From NCBI GenBank assembly GCA_964016885.1, contig OZ024747.1:24490001-24554000 (forward strand): 64,000 nucleotides of DNA. Direction: 5' to 3'. This document shows positions 1 to 14,968 of this stretch, piece by piece. Under the pieces are notes generated by a model, which had not been told where the DNA came from, ran no database searches, and was given only the letters and a program-made list of their open reading frames with translations. Within the stretch, counting starts at the first letter, position 1. Every line of letters begins with the position of its first letter. This DNA is from Eledone cirrhosa (lineage: Eukaryota). The translations under genes were made by a program, and so were the position numbers.

Positions 1-689
1 ACCCACCATACACATATATACCCACACTACTCATACATACCCACCCATATTCACATATACACACCCTTACTCACATATACGTCCTTACTCATTTATACCC
101 CTATCTCACATATATCTACCCTTTCTCATTTATACCCACCCCTCTCACATATATGCAATCATACTTACATACAACCACCCCTCTCACATATGTTACCCCT
201 ACTCACATATACCCACCATTTACTGAAATATATCCACCCTACTCACATATACATACCCCCACCCACATATACCCAACCCTACTCCTAAATACTTCAGTAT
301 TGATAAAGAGTAGTACCAGTCTTACACTAAACACTAATACTATTAACCATTCCACCACCCTATAAACTGTTATTTCTGTGACACAATTTACAAAAATCAC
401 AAGTTCAGACAATAAAGTTATTGCAGTATAGTGCACAGTTTACGAAAGCACAATGTCACAAGGTTGCTCAAAGATGAATGCATTTATTACATTATATTGT
501 ACAGCTTACCATAGCACAAGGTCACAAGGTCGCACAAGAATGAATGCAGCTATTACATTATAGTGCACAGTTTAACAAAGCACAAGGTCGCGCAAGAATG
601 AATGCAGTTATTCCATTATAATGCAATGTTTACCAAACAACAAGGTCATACAAGAATCAAGTTATTGATTTTACTTTATTCTACCCAGA

Positions 690-1145
690 AAAATTAAAAT
701 ATCATTCTTCAGAACATCTGTTGAGTTAGTGTTGTTGTGTGGATTAGGGACATGAACCCTGACACAAGCACTTGAAAAGAAACTAGATGATACATACACT
801 AAAATGCTTAGGTTTTACAAAACATTAACTGGTGTCAATGTATTACAAATGAAAGTTTATACAGAAACTTGCCCAAGATAACAGCTACAATGACTCAAAG
901 ATGGTTAGGATTAGCAGGACATTGGTTGAGAAATAAGCAGGAAGTTATACACAAGCTAGCAGTACTGTAACCAATTCATAGGAGACATAGTAGAGGAAGA
1001 CCTGCTCAAACATTCATTGATCAACTCCCAGATGAGACAAACCTCAATAGGCAGCAGATGCTAGGAGAAATGAAAAAATTGTGAATTGTAGAGAGACTTT
1101 GTCAGGAATGTTTGACTACGGTCACATTGATGATCATGATGAACT
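690..1145 (+). mobile_element. Degenerate LINE RT C-terminal fragment
   Basis: LDDTYTKMLR...ITNESLYRNLPKITAT...RWLGLAGHW resembles the LINE post-RT region. Confidence 0.55.
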
Positions 1146-4100
1146 TTTTTAATGCCAAACCAACTGAAGCCGTCCCTGGTTCTACTATACAAAACTGCTT
1201 ATATTAAAGTATTTATATTAATCTAAAAACCTTCATCAGAATTTTCTGTCAATTTTGTAAAGTTATGTTCCAAATATAGGCGGCGATTGGCAGAGTCATT
1301 GTTTATGTTTTTGTTCTGGCTCTTTACTCTCTGAGTTCAAATCCCACCACCGAGGTCAACTTTGTCTTTCATCCTTTCGAGGTCGATAAAAAAAAGTACC
1401 AATCTTGTATTAGAGTCAATTCTTCCTCTATATCTCTTTTTCATTTTTTCTCTCTCATTTCTATCTTTCTCTGGAAGAAATCTGCAGTACTCAGGCCTGG
1501 AGAGGGATGGACTCCACCAGGCTTAGAATACCCAAGAAATGTCATATGTAAATACGGTACCCCTACAACTCTATCAGGAGTTACAGGACCATACATACAT
1601 GTTCCAAATACCAACTAAATAATGGGAAAGTTAATTATATTACTAAATCTCTCCAAATTCTTGATTATATTCAAAATTAATTGAAAATCATAGACAAATA
1701 TGGTAATAAAATATTTAGATTTGTTTGCAATATTTGACAGAGGCTAATTCTTGGAAAACATATTTGTATAACCCATAGAAAAGAAATGCTACAAGTTGAT
1801 CTTTTTGTATATCAAACCTCCTAACCAAACTTATATCTATGGCACAAAACAATTTATTTTAATCTTTTCATTACCCTATTTATAATGAATGACACAGCCT
1901 AAGATTTTCAAATAATTTTGAAAATAATAAAAAATGTTTGTAGTTTTCTCATTATTAAATTATCATTTTTATTTTTTTTTAAACTTGAAAATTCATTTGC
2001 CTTTATTATAAAAAGCTGTTATAATTCCTATATTATTTTGTTATTTATTATATGTAAACATATGTCAACTAAATTTACAGTCAGCAGTTATACAATGATG
2101 GAAATATAAAAAGAAAAGATAAAAAGAAAATTAAGTAATGAAAAAGTGGGAAAGGGTAAAGAAAGGCAAATCCGACTATATAAGAAAGTAAAGGAAAAAA
2201 CTAAATGCCATAAATGAGGACTGGAGATCCTATCATTAAAACACCTGAGAAACCTCCAATGAAATGAAGCTTCATAGGAGGCTGACAAAGCCTACACGGG
2301 TGTGAGCTGTGACAACAATGACATGATAGGACTGGGGCTCTTACCATTAAAACACCTGGGAAACATCCTATGAAATGTAACATTGTAGGGCACCAGCTAA
2401 ACCTATATAGGTGTGAGTAGCAAATTTTATTTCATTTTCAAAGTAACTTAAGGTGAGTGTTTACATATCGTGGTATATGTATGTGTACATTCGGGGTGTA
2501 TCTGTATAAACACAGGGTGGATTTCTTTCATGGAAGAAGGAATGCAAGGTGAGAATACTGAGGTGGTGTACAATAGAAGCAGACTTGTGCAGAGTGAGGT
2601 GATATGTTTGAACAAGTGTTGGTGCTATGCTAAAGGTAAATACAACTCACATTGTTGAGTTGTGTGACAGAAGTACATGTGTGTGTGTGTGTATGTATAA
2701 GTGGGTGTGTGTGTGGGTGTATGTGTATATATGTGTGTGTATAATATATATATATATACTTATATATGCCTGCATATACATCCACAAACCCCCAAATACC
2801 ACCAATATCGCAAATAACTCCCCCAACATACACACTTCCATTGAAACATATTTTAACCCAAATAAATGTACATTCATAAAGAAGGACTCTTACATAATAT
2901 ATTATGGTATGGTACGGTATGAACCCGTAACTCCTGAGGAGGCATAAGGGCACGATATTGACATACAGCGTTTTTAGGGTATTTCTAAAACCTGGCATAG
3001 CCCATCTCCTCTCCAGGCCTGAATATAGTAGATTTCTTCCAGAAAAAGATAGAAAGTGAGAGAGAGGAAATGAGAAAGAAATATAGAGGAAGAATCCACC
3101 CCAGTACTAGACTGGTACTTTTTTATCAACCTCAAAAGGATGAAAGGCAAAGCTGACCTCAGTGGGATTTGAACTCAGAGAGCAGAGAGCTGAAATGAAT
3201 ACTGCAAAGCATTACATCCGACATTCTAACGACTCTTTCAATTTGCCACCATATAATATATTATACACACAGGACTTTTATTTCAATCTGCCCTACACCA
3301 CAAAGGGAAGACAATTGGGGTTAAATGCCTCACTCATCATCATCATCACTCGTCGACTACTGTCGAGATGATGGATCTCACTCTCATGCCCCAGAATTCC
3401 CTGTCCCCCATCGCTGCCCCCAGGTCCTGTCTACTGATTCCCGTATTCCTAGAGATAACGTCAGGGAATGACAGCCTCCTGCTCCTAGTCAGGCTGGTGT
3501 CAGGGTTCCAGAGCAAGAGAGCTTTACAAGCTTTACAAGCTTTACAAGAGACTGCTTTACAAGCTAAACCACACATCCTCATACTGTCTACCTAAATCTC
3601 ACTGAATTACCTGCACTTGTATCAGTGTTCACCCAAGATGGGTTGAGTCAGCTTCAGCCAGTGAACACCGACAACATTGTGATGATGAGGATCACAGAAG
3701 TCTAACACAGATATTGTCAGGCAATCATGATTCCAATCGCAGATATCATATATGCAAGGACCAGATATTTGCTCAAAATCAGACTTGATTATGCCAATCC
3801 ACATTTTCAACTATCTACTCCACCACTTACACCATCCCGGGGGGGGGGGGGGGGGGCTCTGGTGTCACCTCATGAGTGATGGGGTTCGTGACCAAACCAG
3901 CAGAAGCATCTTTTAACCCTTTAGCATTTACATTATTCTATTGTATTTTCTTGGTAAAGGCTTTATCTCACATAATATTTCACACAATATCAAATCTATG
4001 AGATTTTGATATTGTTTATTTTGAGAACAATACCTTAACATCAGTATGAGTGGTCAGTTACAGTCAGTTTGAACAGAAAGAGGTGAGAGAATTCTGGCCG

Positions 4101-5774
4101 GATACAGCTGGTTTAAATGCTAAAAAGTTAGAAGGAACTGATCTAGTAAATTTCTGAATTTGGCACAAAATACAGTGCTCAAACATGAAGGATTCGGTAA
4201 AGGTAAAACTTCCAGCTTGTGTAAATCTATTACACTCATTAACCACATCTTATAGCTACAGAGGAGGATGGCGCAAACGAGTGTTCAACGGATGTAAATT
4301 TTTATGACCAGATGAATTTTATGCACTTGCATCTTTCCATAAGGAACCATACACTAACCCCACAGGGAGAAGATAACATGGGATTAAAACGTCACTCTTT
4401 TACAACCCTTATCACATCTCTCCCCCTTTCTAGCCAAATCTCACTCGTGGTTGGTATTAGGAAGGGTACCCACCAGTAGAAGCCATGCCAAAATATGGAA
4501 CAGATTAAAGCAAGACTTGCCTAACCCCCCACACACACATACAACTGGTTTAGGAGGACAGCAGCTCCAATTAAGTACTGTCATGGTCTGTAACAATCTG
4601 TCCAATCCATGTCAGCATGGAAAAAAGGACATAAAATGATGATTTTAATGATAATTTTGATGATGATAATAATGATGGTGGTGGTGGTGGTGATGGTGGT
4701 GATGGTGGTGGTGGTGGTGGTGGTGGTGGTGGTGATGGTGATGGTGGTGGTGGTGATGGTGGTGGTGGTGATGGTGGTGGTGGTGGTGGTGGTGGTGGTG
4801 GTGGTGGTGGTGGTGGTGGTGATGTCGATGGTGACGATGATGATGATTATGATCATGTAGCTTTTTAATCTAGTGTCATATAAAGACACATTCTAACTCT
4901 GCATACCAGATTAAATTCTCTCCACCCCTTTGATATTTAAACTGATACAGCGTGTGTGTGCGTGTGTGTCTGTGAGTGTGTGTGTGTGTGTGTCTGTGTG
5001 TGTGCGAGTGTGTCTGTGTGTGCGTGTGTGTCTGTGAGTGTGTGTGTGTGTGTGTGTGTCTGTGTGTGTGCGAGTGTGTCTGTGTGTGCCTGTGAGTGTG
5101 TGGTGTGTGTGGTGTGTGTGTGTCTGTGTGTGTCTGTGTGTGTTGTGTGTTGTGTGTGTCTATGTGTGTGTCTGTGAGTGTATGGTGTGTGTGTGTGTCT
5201 GTGTGTGGTGTGTGTGTCTGTGGGTGTGTGTGTATGTGGGTGTGTGTGTCTGTGGGTGTGCGTGTGCGTGGGTGTCTGTGTGGTGTGTGCGTGTGTGTGT
5301 GTATGTGTGTGTGTGTATGTGTGTGTGTGTGTGTGTGTCTGTGTGGTGTGTGGTGTGTGTGTGTGTGTGTGTGTCTGTGTGGTGTGTGGTGTGTGCGTGT
5401 GTGTGTGCATCTATAATGTCAAAAGCCAGAGTAATCACCTGATAACACCATCATATAGTTTTATATGTTGTTGTTGTTGTCTACACCTCAGGTCAACTCA
5501 GAATCAGACAGATCTAGGATCAAAGACATTCCACTCATAATACAGTATAGTTTATTTATGACTACATCATTCAATGTCTTCCTCTGTTTAAAAATAAATA
5601 AATAAACAGATATAGTGTGTGATATGAGGGAAATATGGTTGCTATTTCTTATAAATTCAGCAGCCCGGCAAACATTTGGAGCTAGGATTAAGGCCAACTA
5701 GGCAGTTACATAGAATGCAGTCCTCACAGGATCACAGTTTTATATATATTTATATAATTATATTATATATGTGA

Positions 5775-6052
5775 AGGTGCATGGCTTAGTGGTTAGCTTG
5801 CAATCAGGAGGTTGTGAGTTCAATTCTCATGCCGTGTGATGTATTGTGTCCTTGAGCAAGACACTTTATTTCACATTACTCCAGTTTACTCAGCTGTGGA
5901 AATGAGTTGCGACGTCACTGGTGCCAAGCTAAATCAGTGCCAAGCTGTATCCATTGGACAACATCAGTGGCATGGAGAGAGAAGGCAAAACATGGGCGAC
6001 TACTGGTCTTCCACAACCAAACTTGCCTGGACTTGTGCCTCAGAGGGGAACT
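5775..6052 (+). mobile_element. tRNA-derived CORE-type SINE; fragments at ~6225-6310 and ~56758-56825
   Basis: TGGCTTAGTGG A-box, GAGTTCAATTC B-box, TGTGTCCTTGAGCAAGACACTTTA core-like motif. Confidence 0.65.
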
Positions 6053-7259
6053 TATGTAAATTGAAAATATTTTATTTGGTAGAATGGGGACATAACTGTG
6101 AGAAGGAGCACAAATAGTAGGGCTAGCCTAGGATATTAAATACGCAGGTGTGAAAATATGGTTGATATTTCTTGAAGGTTAAGCCATACTGCAAACATTT
6201 CCTAAATGTATTAAAAGGTTCAGTCAGGTTGTGAGTTTTATTCCTAGTGCAGCATTGCATTCTTGAGCAAGGCACTTTATTTTATGTTGCTCCAGTTTAC
6301 TTAACTGTAAAAAAAATTTAGTTATACCAGTAATTCAAAGGGCCAGCTTTGTTACACACTGCATCAGGCTGAATCTCATTAAGAATTATGTTTACCAAAC
6401 CCCCTGATACTGCCTGGTTCTATGATACAAAACTGTTTGTATTAACCCTTTAGTATTTAAACCAGCCATATACGGCCAGAATTTTCTCACCCCTTTCTGT
6501 TCAAACCAACTGTAACCAGTTGCTTATACTTATGTTAAGGTAGTGTTCTCAAAATAAATGATATCAAAATCTCATAGATTCAATATTATGTGAGATAATT
6601 ATGTGAAATAAAGTGTTTACCTTGAAAATACAATAGTAAATAGAGAGTAATGTAAATACTAAAGGGTTAAAGTGTTTGTATTGATCTCAAAAAACTTCCA
6701 TCATAATTTAATGTAAGAACCTTCAAGTTATGTTCCAAACATCAGCTAAATAATAAAACAGTTAATTATTTTACTAAATACCTCGAAATTCTTGATTATT
6801 GTGTCTTTATTAGAAATATGGTAATTAAAAGGTTAAGAGCAAACATATCTGTGGAATACGCAGCCACTTGTGTGTTAATTTGACAAGCGAGCTGCTTTGT
6901 TGATTGCATCACTTGTTAGAACCGAGTGGGGCTCAACAACATATCTTCCTGTATCAGTTAGTTCAATGAGTACATAGATGTTGATGTTTATTAAACCCTT
7001 AAACCTCCAGTTGTCTTTTGTCTTGCTACAAATTAAGTCACGTCCATCAAACTGATGGGGGTGGGGATTAAGGAAAGACAGAACAGTAATGGCATCGTTG
7101 CTAAGAACAACAACATGGCTTAACAACAAGGAATGTGTAATATGAGATAGGAGAGCAGTTGAACATCTTTCTTTAAAATACAAAAAACTAGGTTATTCAA
7201 CACTACCTCATACATACAGGTCATTGATATCTTGTATAGAATTACATATACATACATAA

Positions 7260-7335
<76 letters not shown>

Positions 7336-7419
7336 TATATATGTGTGTGTCCACATATAAATATTTATAAATGTGCAGGTTGTGGGGAGTGTATGGAGTA
7401 TGTGTGTATGTGTGGTTAT

Positions 7420-8477
7420 GAGTGTGTAAATGTATAAAAGGTTCTTGGAATTCTGTGACGCAAATGACCTAAGTTTGCAATACTGACTTGAGGAAACCAG
7501 ACCAGTCACCTGATCATCTACCCATCAGGCAAACATGCAAGACAGATAGGCTTCATACTCACCAATGAAACAAATGTGAGTGTGTGTATGTGTGAGAGAT
7601 GAGAGAGAGGGAGCGGGAGAGAGAGAGAGAGAGAGAGAGAGAAGCACATGCTTATAAATATAAAGTCCTTCTCTGGTGAAGAATGTAACACCCAACATAC
7701 ATTAATGATAGTTGACTTCAAAGTAAGATCTAGACAGACCTAAAGACACAAGAGAGACTGGAGAAGGAAAATATGGAATTTCAAAGAGACTTCATCAGTT
7801 GTAAGTTGAGAGAAGTTCTAGTTAACACTTATGACAACAAAGAGGAAGATATAGAAATTTATAACATAAAGAAATTTATAGCATAAAGAACTGGAGTTTT
7901 TACTGGAAAAATCTTTGAGAGTTCCAAACCAGATCTGTGGCTAATGGAAAGTCCCAGCAAATCAGAAGGTAACATAGAGATGGGAGCCATAAAAGCTAAG
8001 AGACAGACTTGGAAAAAACTTCAAGAAAGGGAGCAACAAACAATTATACTAAGTAGCTAGAAGAGAAACTAGATGTCAAGAAGACATAGATATGGGAGAG
8101 GCAGGAAGGATGAGGTTTTCACATGTTCTACAAATGTGAAGATCAGATTGTTTGGTGTTCCAGATTACAAAGCAATGTGCTAGGAGGAATCGAGATGTCA
8201 CTGGGGAGTGATATCTTGTGTACAGAGTGATAATGGTACACAGAGATTGGAGAGAGAGGGGAGAGTTGGTGTAAAAGAAGTAGAGAGGAAGAAGAGGAGA
8301 CAAGGTCAGATATAAGAAAAGTAGAGAGAAAGAATGGAGGGAACCTGAGAGACAGAGAGAGTGTGGGAAGAGAGTGGAAGAAAGAGAGAGAGGGAGAGAG
8401 AAAGAAAGAGAGGAGGGAGAGAGAAAAACAGTGAGGGAAGAAAAGAGGAAAAATTGGAAGGAGCCTAGGAAAAAAAG

Positions 8478-8510
<33 letters not shown>

Positions 8511-8867
8511 TGAAGAGAGTGAAAGTGTGTGAGAAAAGAAAGAGGGAAGTGAAAAAGGCTGAAAAACAGAGACAAGAAGAGAGAGAGAGTGAATGCATGT
8601 GAGAGAAGCAGGAGGGAAGTGAGAGTGGCTGAAAAACAGAGAGAAGATGAGAGATAGTGAGAGGATGAGAAGCTGAAGGAAGAATGAAGAGTTGAGAGAG
8701 TGATTTACCAAATTTTGGTGCCAAACTTAAGAAACAGGAAACACTCAAGTCAATTAGAATTTCAATGTTGTTTAGTGTTACTGAAGAAGTAGAGAAGACT
8801 TATTAATATATTGCAGACAGAGAGGGAGAAAGTGAGACAGACAGATATACATATACATATGTATATA

Positions 8868-8918
<51 letters not shown>

Positions 8919-8936
8919 TATATATATATGATATAT

Positions 8937-8972
<36 letters not shown>

Positions 8973-8983
8973 TATATGATATA

Positions 8984-9050
<67 letters not shown>

Positions 9051-9109
9051 TATATATATGATATATGATATATATATATATATACACACATATATATATA
9101 TGATATATG

Positions 9110-9146
<37 letters not shown>

Positions 9147-9263
9147 TATATATATGCTATATGATATATATATATATACACACACACATATATATATATG
9201 ATATATATATATACACACACACACATATATATATATGACATATATATATATATACACACACAC

Positions 9264-9297
<34 letters not shown>

Positions 9298-10080
9298 GTA
9301 TGTATGTATATATACACACACACACACACACACACAAACGCACACATATATGTGTGTGCATGTATCTGTCAGTGTGTACGTGTGTGTATCATTATCATCA
9401 TCTTCCTATAACTGGTGCAGCCAGTCTTTGGAGTGCCACTTTAGACATTCTGGCAGTCAGCAATCACCACTGGTCTCTGTCCTCCATCATACATAGAAAG
9501 GGTCACAATGTCCAGTCCTTGATGTGATGTCCAGTCCTTGATGTTGTCAGACCAACTCTAACAATCAGCACTTAGCCTTGCTGGTGCTCAGAAGGAAGCT
9601 TGGAAATGTTGCTAAATATGGAGAATGTATGGAAGGAAGAGGATCTCCACCAGAGATTCCCAACAAAGGAGGTAGTTGAGGTCAACAGTTGTTAGGTTAA
9701 CCCTTTAGCATTTAAACTGGCCATGTCTGCCAGAATTCTCTCACCTCTTTCAGTTCAAACTGGCTGTAACCGGCTACTAATACTGATGTTAAGCTATTGT
9801 TCTCAAAATAGATAATATCAAAATCTTGTAGATTCGATATCATGTGAGATAATTATGCGTGAAAAAGCCTTTACCGCTAAAATACAATAGTATATATATA
9901 TATAGAGAGAGAGAGTAATGTAAATGATAAAGGGTTAAAGAAGCCAGCAAGGTCATGAAGAAGGGGAAAACTGGTAGGGCATTAGGGATAGATGCTGAGA
10001 TGCTGAAAATATCTGGCGAAGAAGGACTTGAGCTAGCCCTTCACATAAACAACGAGGTAATACACATTGTTGTCATACCC
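7420..10080 (+). mobile_element. Highly degraded RTE-like LINE pieces (~7420-8230, ~9540-10080) interrupted by microsatellites and a MITE
   Basis: Remnants such as RFLEFCDANDL, SGEECNTQHTLMIVDF and MKKGKTGR...DAEMLKISGEEG. Confidence 0.5.
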
Positions 10081-10251
10081 ACCTACAGGCATACTGATGA
10101 TGATGCTAATGATATATATATATATATATATATAGTCTTTTCCTACTATATCAAGCATTAAACTAATATAATCACCATTGAACTTCATTGTTCTGTGTTG
10201 GTTTTACTCATTGACTTTTTTTGTGTGTGTATATATATATATATATATATA

Positions 10252-10321
10252 CAGAATGATCCAACAAATGTATGCAAACTTCAACAGAATTCTAATAAAT
10301 ATGTGGATACGTTTTGGGGGG

Positions 10322-10329
<8 letters not shown>
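10252..10329. mobile_element. Tiny Tc1/mariner-like MITE in (TA)n
   Basis: TA|CAGAATG...CATTCTG|TA with imperfect longer TIRs. Confidence 0.5.
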
Positions 10330-10356
<27 letters not shown>

Positions 10357-10559
10357 CATCATCATCATCATCATCATTTCATTTTATGTCCACTTTTCCC
10401 TGCTTGCAAGGGTGGGACGGGAACTGATTTGGGCTTGGTTTCTACAGCTGGATGCCCTTGCTAACACCAACCTCATTTACAGTGAGTGCTGGGTGCTTTT
10501 TTGCCGTGGCACCTCCACAACCACTTTGCAGTGGAATAATAGGGACCCTAGTTCCTATC

Positions 10560-11770
10560 ATCTCATTTCTACAGTTCATCCACCGTATGCAGTTTTCTGG
10601 TTACAATCAGAGAGATAAAATCAGAGTGTATAGAGGAGCCAAAACCAAATGGGAAAAAATGGTAAATAATGACACAAATGGGACCTGCCCCTTGTATAGG
10701 AGCAAATTTTGGAATAGAATAGAAAGAACTAGGAATAAGGCTAATAGAATAAACTCATGGTATGATAGCAATAAATACCAGAGTGTAATGTTAATCGATA
10801 CAACCCCTAGAGGTGAATTAGCTTACAAATTTAGAAAGGCTCTAGATTAACATAAACTCAATATTAAGATAGTAGAAAGACCAGGTACCTCCGTAAAAAC
10901 ACTTATTAGCAAGACATACCCTTTTCAAAGACCCCCCTATATAGATAAAAAATGTATAACCTGTAAATTAAGTCCCCATATTAACTGTAAAACTAGAAAT
11001 GTAGTATATAGCATAAGATGTACTGAAGGACAATGTAGAGACAAAAATATAGTGTACATAGGTGAGACAGCTCGTAGTGTAGGGGAACGGATAAATGAAC
11101 ACTGGCGAGACCTTCAAGATAGCAAAGAATCATCTGTACTCTACCAACATGCTAAAATAGAACATAAGGGTAAATTAGAGAACATAGAAATAAAAATAGA
11201 ATCTACACACAGAAAAGACGCAATGTTTAGAGAAAACACAGAGGCAATAAACATAAAAGAATTACAACCAAAATTAAATAGAAAACATGAGTGGAACAGC
11301 AACATCACAACTTACAATTAAGGACAAAATTAAAACACACACGCACATAGAACAAACAACCAACCTGTAACATGTAAATAAACAAATAAATAAACGAATA
11401 TAAACACACACAGACACCCGGATGTGGCGCATACAGAGACTGAGCACACAACACACACAGAGAAACAAAATGGCGTAGGACAGAACAAAGGAGAGGCACA
11501 AAAACAAAGAAAAGAATCCCCAGTCACTGAAGAGGTCACAGAATGTGTGACGAAAGAACTTTGACAATATATAAACAACCATCTGATTGTGGAACCAACC
11601 AACCGGAAATTTATAAATTCCTAAATTTATAAATGTTTTATAATAAATTGAAGTGAAAGCAACTGGTGCGTGTGTTTCTTATTGGCAACATGACCCTCCC
11701 AAAGTATAACAATATCGGTTTCAACACACGTTTTCAGATAAAGAATCTTGCTAAACAAATTCAGAAACGA
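10560..11770 (+). mobile_element. Penelope-like element 3' fragment, second family (GIY-YIG + hammerhead-bearing 3' region)
   Basis: VVYSIRCTEGQCRDKNIVYIGETARSVGERINEH...EAINIKELQPKLN (GIY-YIG), in-frame stop at ~10850, hammerhead at 11523, ends at (TA)n. Confidence 0.88.
11523..11565 (+). ncRNA. Minimal type I hammerhead in Penelope-like 3' region
   Basis: GUCA CUGAAGA G GUCACA-GAAUG-UGUGAC GAAA GAAC UU UGAC. Confidence 0.7.
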
Positions 11771-11771
11771 A

Positions 11772-11855
<84 letters not shown>

Positions 11856-11856
11856 T

Positions 11857-11924
<68 letters not shown>

Positions 11925-12157
11925 AAAAGTCAATATTTAATTAATTTCCACGTGCTGTTGAAATGTTGGGTAAATATTCTATAGCGGTTGGCCGCAAAGA
12001 CGCTGCTATCGTTTATTTATTTACTGTTTCTTCATAGGTGCCTTTTAATCTTATAGCCTGGTCTAATTGATTTTTTGTGTGGTTAATTATGCTAATTGGG
12101 AGAAGAAATGATGTATATATATTGTCAAATGATTCTATGGACATACTTTACTTTATA

Positions 12158-12211
<54 letters not shown>

Positions 12212-12399
12212 ATAATAATAAATTTGAAGACTAAAATCCAAAGAGGGCTCAATAAGGATAAATATATATCAAATATATAAGAACCGTAGAGCAAATATTT
12301 ATCTGTTATTTTAATAAATATATATATATATATATATATATTATAAAAATTATAAAAAATAAACCAAAGAAGCCTTCAATACATCAAAAGTCTTTATTA

Positions 12400-12437
12400 G
12401 CCAACAATGTTTCGTCCTATTAAGGACTCATCAGGGC
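12400..12437 (-). ncRNA. Minimal type I hammerhead
   Basis: Minus strand: GCC CUGAUGA GUCCU-UAAU-AGGAC GAAA C-AUU-G UU GGC. Confidence 0.75.
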
Positions 12438-12576
12438 AAGTAAAGCTACAAGAAGCACTATCGGCCAATACAAGCTAAAAACTATATGATTTTTTCTTAC
12501 CCTGTGTAAAACTTTATACTATTTGTTAACCTTAAATTATATGTATGATGTAATTTTGTATATCTTTTGATGCCAA

Positions 12577-13490
12577 TCTATATATATAAAACTGTGGTTG
12601 TCTGTCTGTCTATCGATTTTTGGCACACATCTCCTCTTAGAATCTCTCACGGAATTGCACCGAAATTGCTATACTTGTACATTGAGCCCTAGCGAAGACA
12701 TCGGAAAAAAAAAATTTCAAATTGACCCACCCTATGTGACGAAATCGAATATAATGTATCGATTTTTGAGCGTAAGTTATCAGTTATTTCCCTTTGTTCT
12801 GTTTACATTGAGCGTCTTACGTAAAAAATTACGCTGGCTTTAACAGTTGTCGAGCCAGCAAAATATTGACCTGCAAAATTCATCAGTTCGAACACTAAGC
12901 TTCCGTTTTGCTTCATTTCCATTTAAAAGCATTTTAAAACAATATTTTTACTTGAAAACAAGTCTATTTAAAGACTACGTAAAACAAGCAAATATTTCGT
13001 CGTTAGGCGTGCAGACAGACAGTCGTGCAGACAGACAGTCGTGCAGAGAGGTGATATAGGCGTGCAGACAGACAGTCGTGCAGAGAGGTGATATAGGCGT
13101 GCAGACAGACAGTCGTGCAGAGAGGTGATATAGGCGTGCAGACAGACAGTCGTGCAGAGAGGTGATATAGGCGTGCAGACAGACATAACTGATAATTTGG
13201 TTACGCTAATGTTTTTCTCTGCGTTGCAGTGTTTACATTCTCGATCTTTGTTAATAAATAACCAGTGCAGTTTCTATCCCCAGCATCCTCTTTTGTTATA
13301 ACATTCGGGTTATCGTTATGTTTTCTTAACTTCATAAGGCATATTGTTGGTTGAGGGAATATTAATCAAAAACACCACATGCAAGTCTGCACAGTAGACA
13401 CTACAGTTTTTAAGCCAAGAAAGAAACTTAACATTGTAACTTTAACACAGCTACTGAGCGACCCCGAGCAACGCCGGGCTTTACTGCTAG
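12577..13490 (+). mobile_element. Non-autonomous Helitron (914 bp)
   Basis: 5' A|TCTATATATATAAAA, 3' GC hairpin CCCGAGCAACGCCGGG (~13463-13478) then CTAG|T; internal 37-bp minisatellite at ~13005-13185. Confidence 0.85.
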
Positions 13491-13929
13491 TATATTATAA
13501 TATTGTTATTATAATGTTTTTATATTGTTTCTATATTGTTTATGCACACTGACAGGGAATTATATATCATATTTTATTTTTATCTTTATTCTTATTTTTA
13601 TCTTTATTATATTATACTGTAAACAATATATATATATATATTTAAATACTTAATAAGTGTTAGTTTGTATTTGTACTAATGTGTATACGTATAGATATAT
13701 ACATATATTAAGCTTTTTATTATCACCATCTATTATATTATGTTATACTTGCATTATATTACCATTTGTGTTTCAAGTTTTTGCATTATACAATATTTGC
13801 AGTGTGGGTTCAACATGTTAATCACTTCCTTGCTATTTGGTCCATATCTATGTTTGTAACTGCTTATATATATATATTTATATATATATATATATATATT
13901 TTTTTTTTACATCCGCTTTTCCCTGCTTG

Positions 13930-13973
<44 letters not shown>

Positions 13974-14026
13974 TAGACACTACCTTGCTCACAAGTGTCT
14001 TTTTTAAGCTTCATATCATGTCTCCC

Positions 14027-14098
14027 TATTTTATCTGATGAGAACGCAAATATCGTCCCTGGATGATATTTGTTTTTTGAAATGCGCATAATAAAATA
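14027..14098 (+). ncRNA. Type I hammerhead with long stem II
   Basis: UAUUUUAU CUGAUGA [GAACGCAAAUAUCGUCC-CU-GGAUGAUAUUUGUUUUUU] GAAA UGCGCA UA AUAAAAUA; 8-bp stem I, palindromic AUGCGCAU stem III. Confidence 0.72.
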
Positions 14099-14131
14099 CA
14101 TGGAACTTTTTTAACCATCTTTTAATTTCTT

Positions 14132-14249
<118 letters not shown>

Positions 14250-14835
14250 GGCTGAACAAAAAATTGTTTCTGGACCTCACTCCTCTCACTATCTTTCTAT
14301 TTCATCTTTTATTTCTCATTCTATCTTCTGATGAAGGACTAGTGTTCGAAACAAAGACTCTTTTCCTACTATATCAAGCATTAAACTAATGTACTTTTTC
14401 ATTGTACTGTGTTGTTTGCTTTGTTGTTTCCATTTACTTTTTGCACACACATACACACATATACATGAACACACACATACATACACACACATATACATGT
14501 GCACACACATATCTACACACAAACACGCAGACACATACACACACAAATGTAAAGAATATAGACTGAAAACAAGCTAGAATTGATAATAACTGCAACAATA
14601 AAAATTGATATTTTACACCATTGGTAACTCTGCAGATCACATTACCACATTTGAATGCGATGAAGATGTGTATGTTTGTGTTTGTATGACTGTCTGCATG
14701 TGTGTGTATGATAGTGTCTGTGTATATCTGTGAGCTAGTGTGAGTGTGAGTGTGTATGCTTGTGTGTGTGTCTACATGTGATAGAGTTTGTGTATGTGTT
14801 ATGCCTGTATCTGAGTTAGTGTATGTGTTTGTGAG

Positions 14836-14885
<50 letters not shown>

Positions 14886-14932
14886 TGTCTTAGTGTCTGT
14901 CTCTCTCTGTCTGTGTCTATATGTGATAGTGT

Positions 14933-14959
<27 letters not shown>

Positions 14960-14968
<9 letters not shown>

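Noticed and set aside
2925-3035. Possible hammerhead starting CTGAGGA
   Set aside because: No GAAA box in a consistent stem arrangement in either copy.
4609-5442. Poly-Val/Thr and Cys-Val ORFs
   Set aside because: (GGT)n and (GT)n microsatellites.
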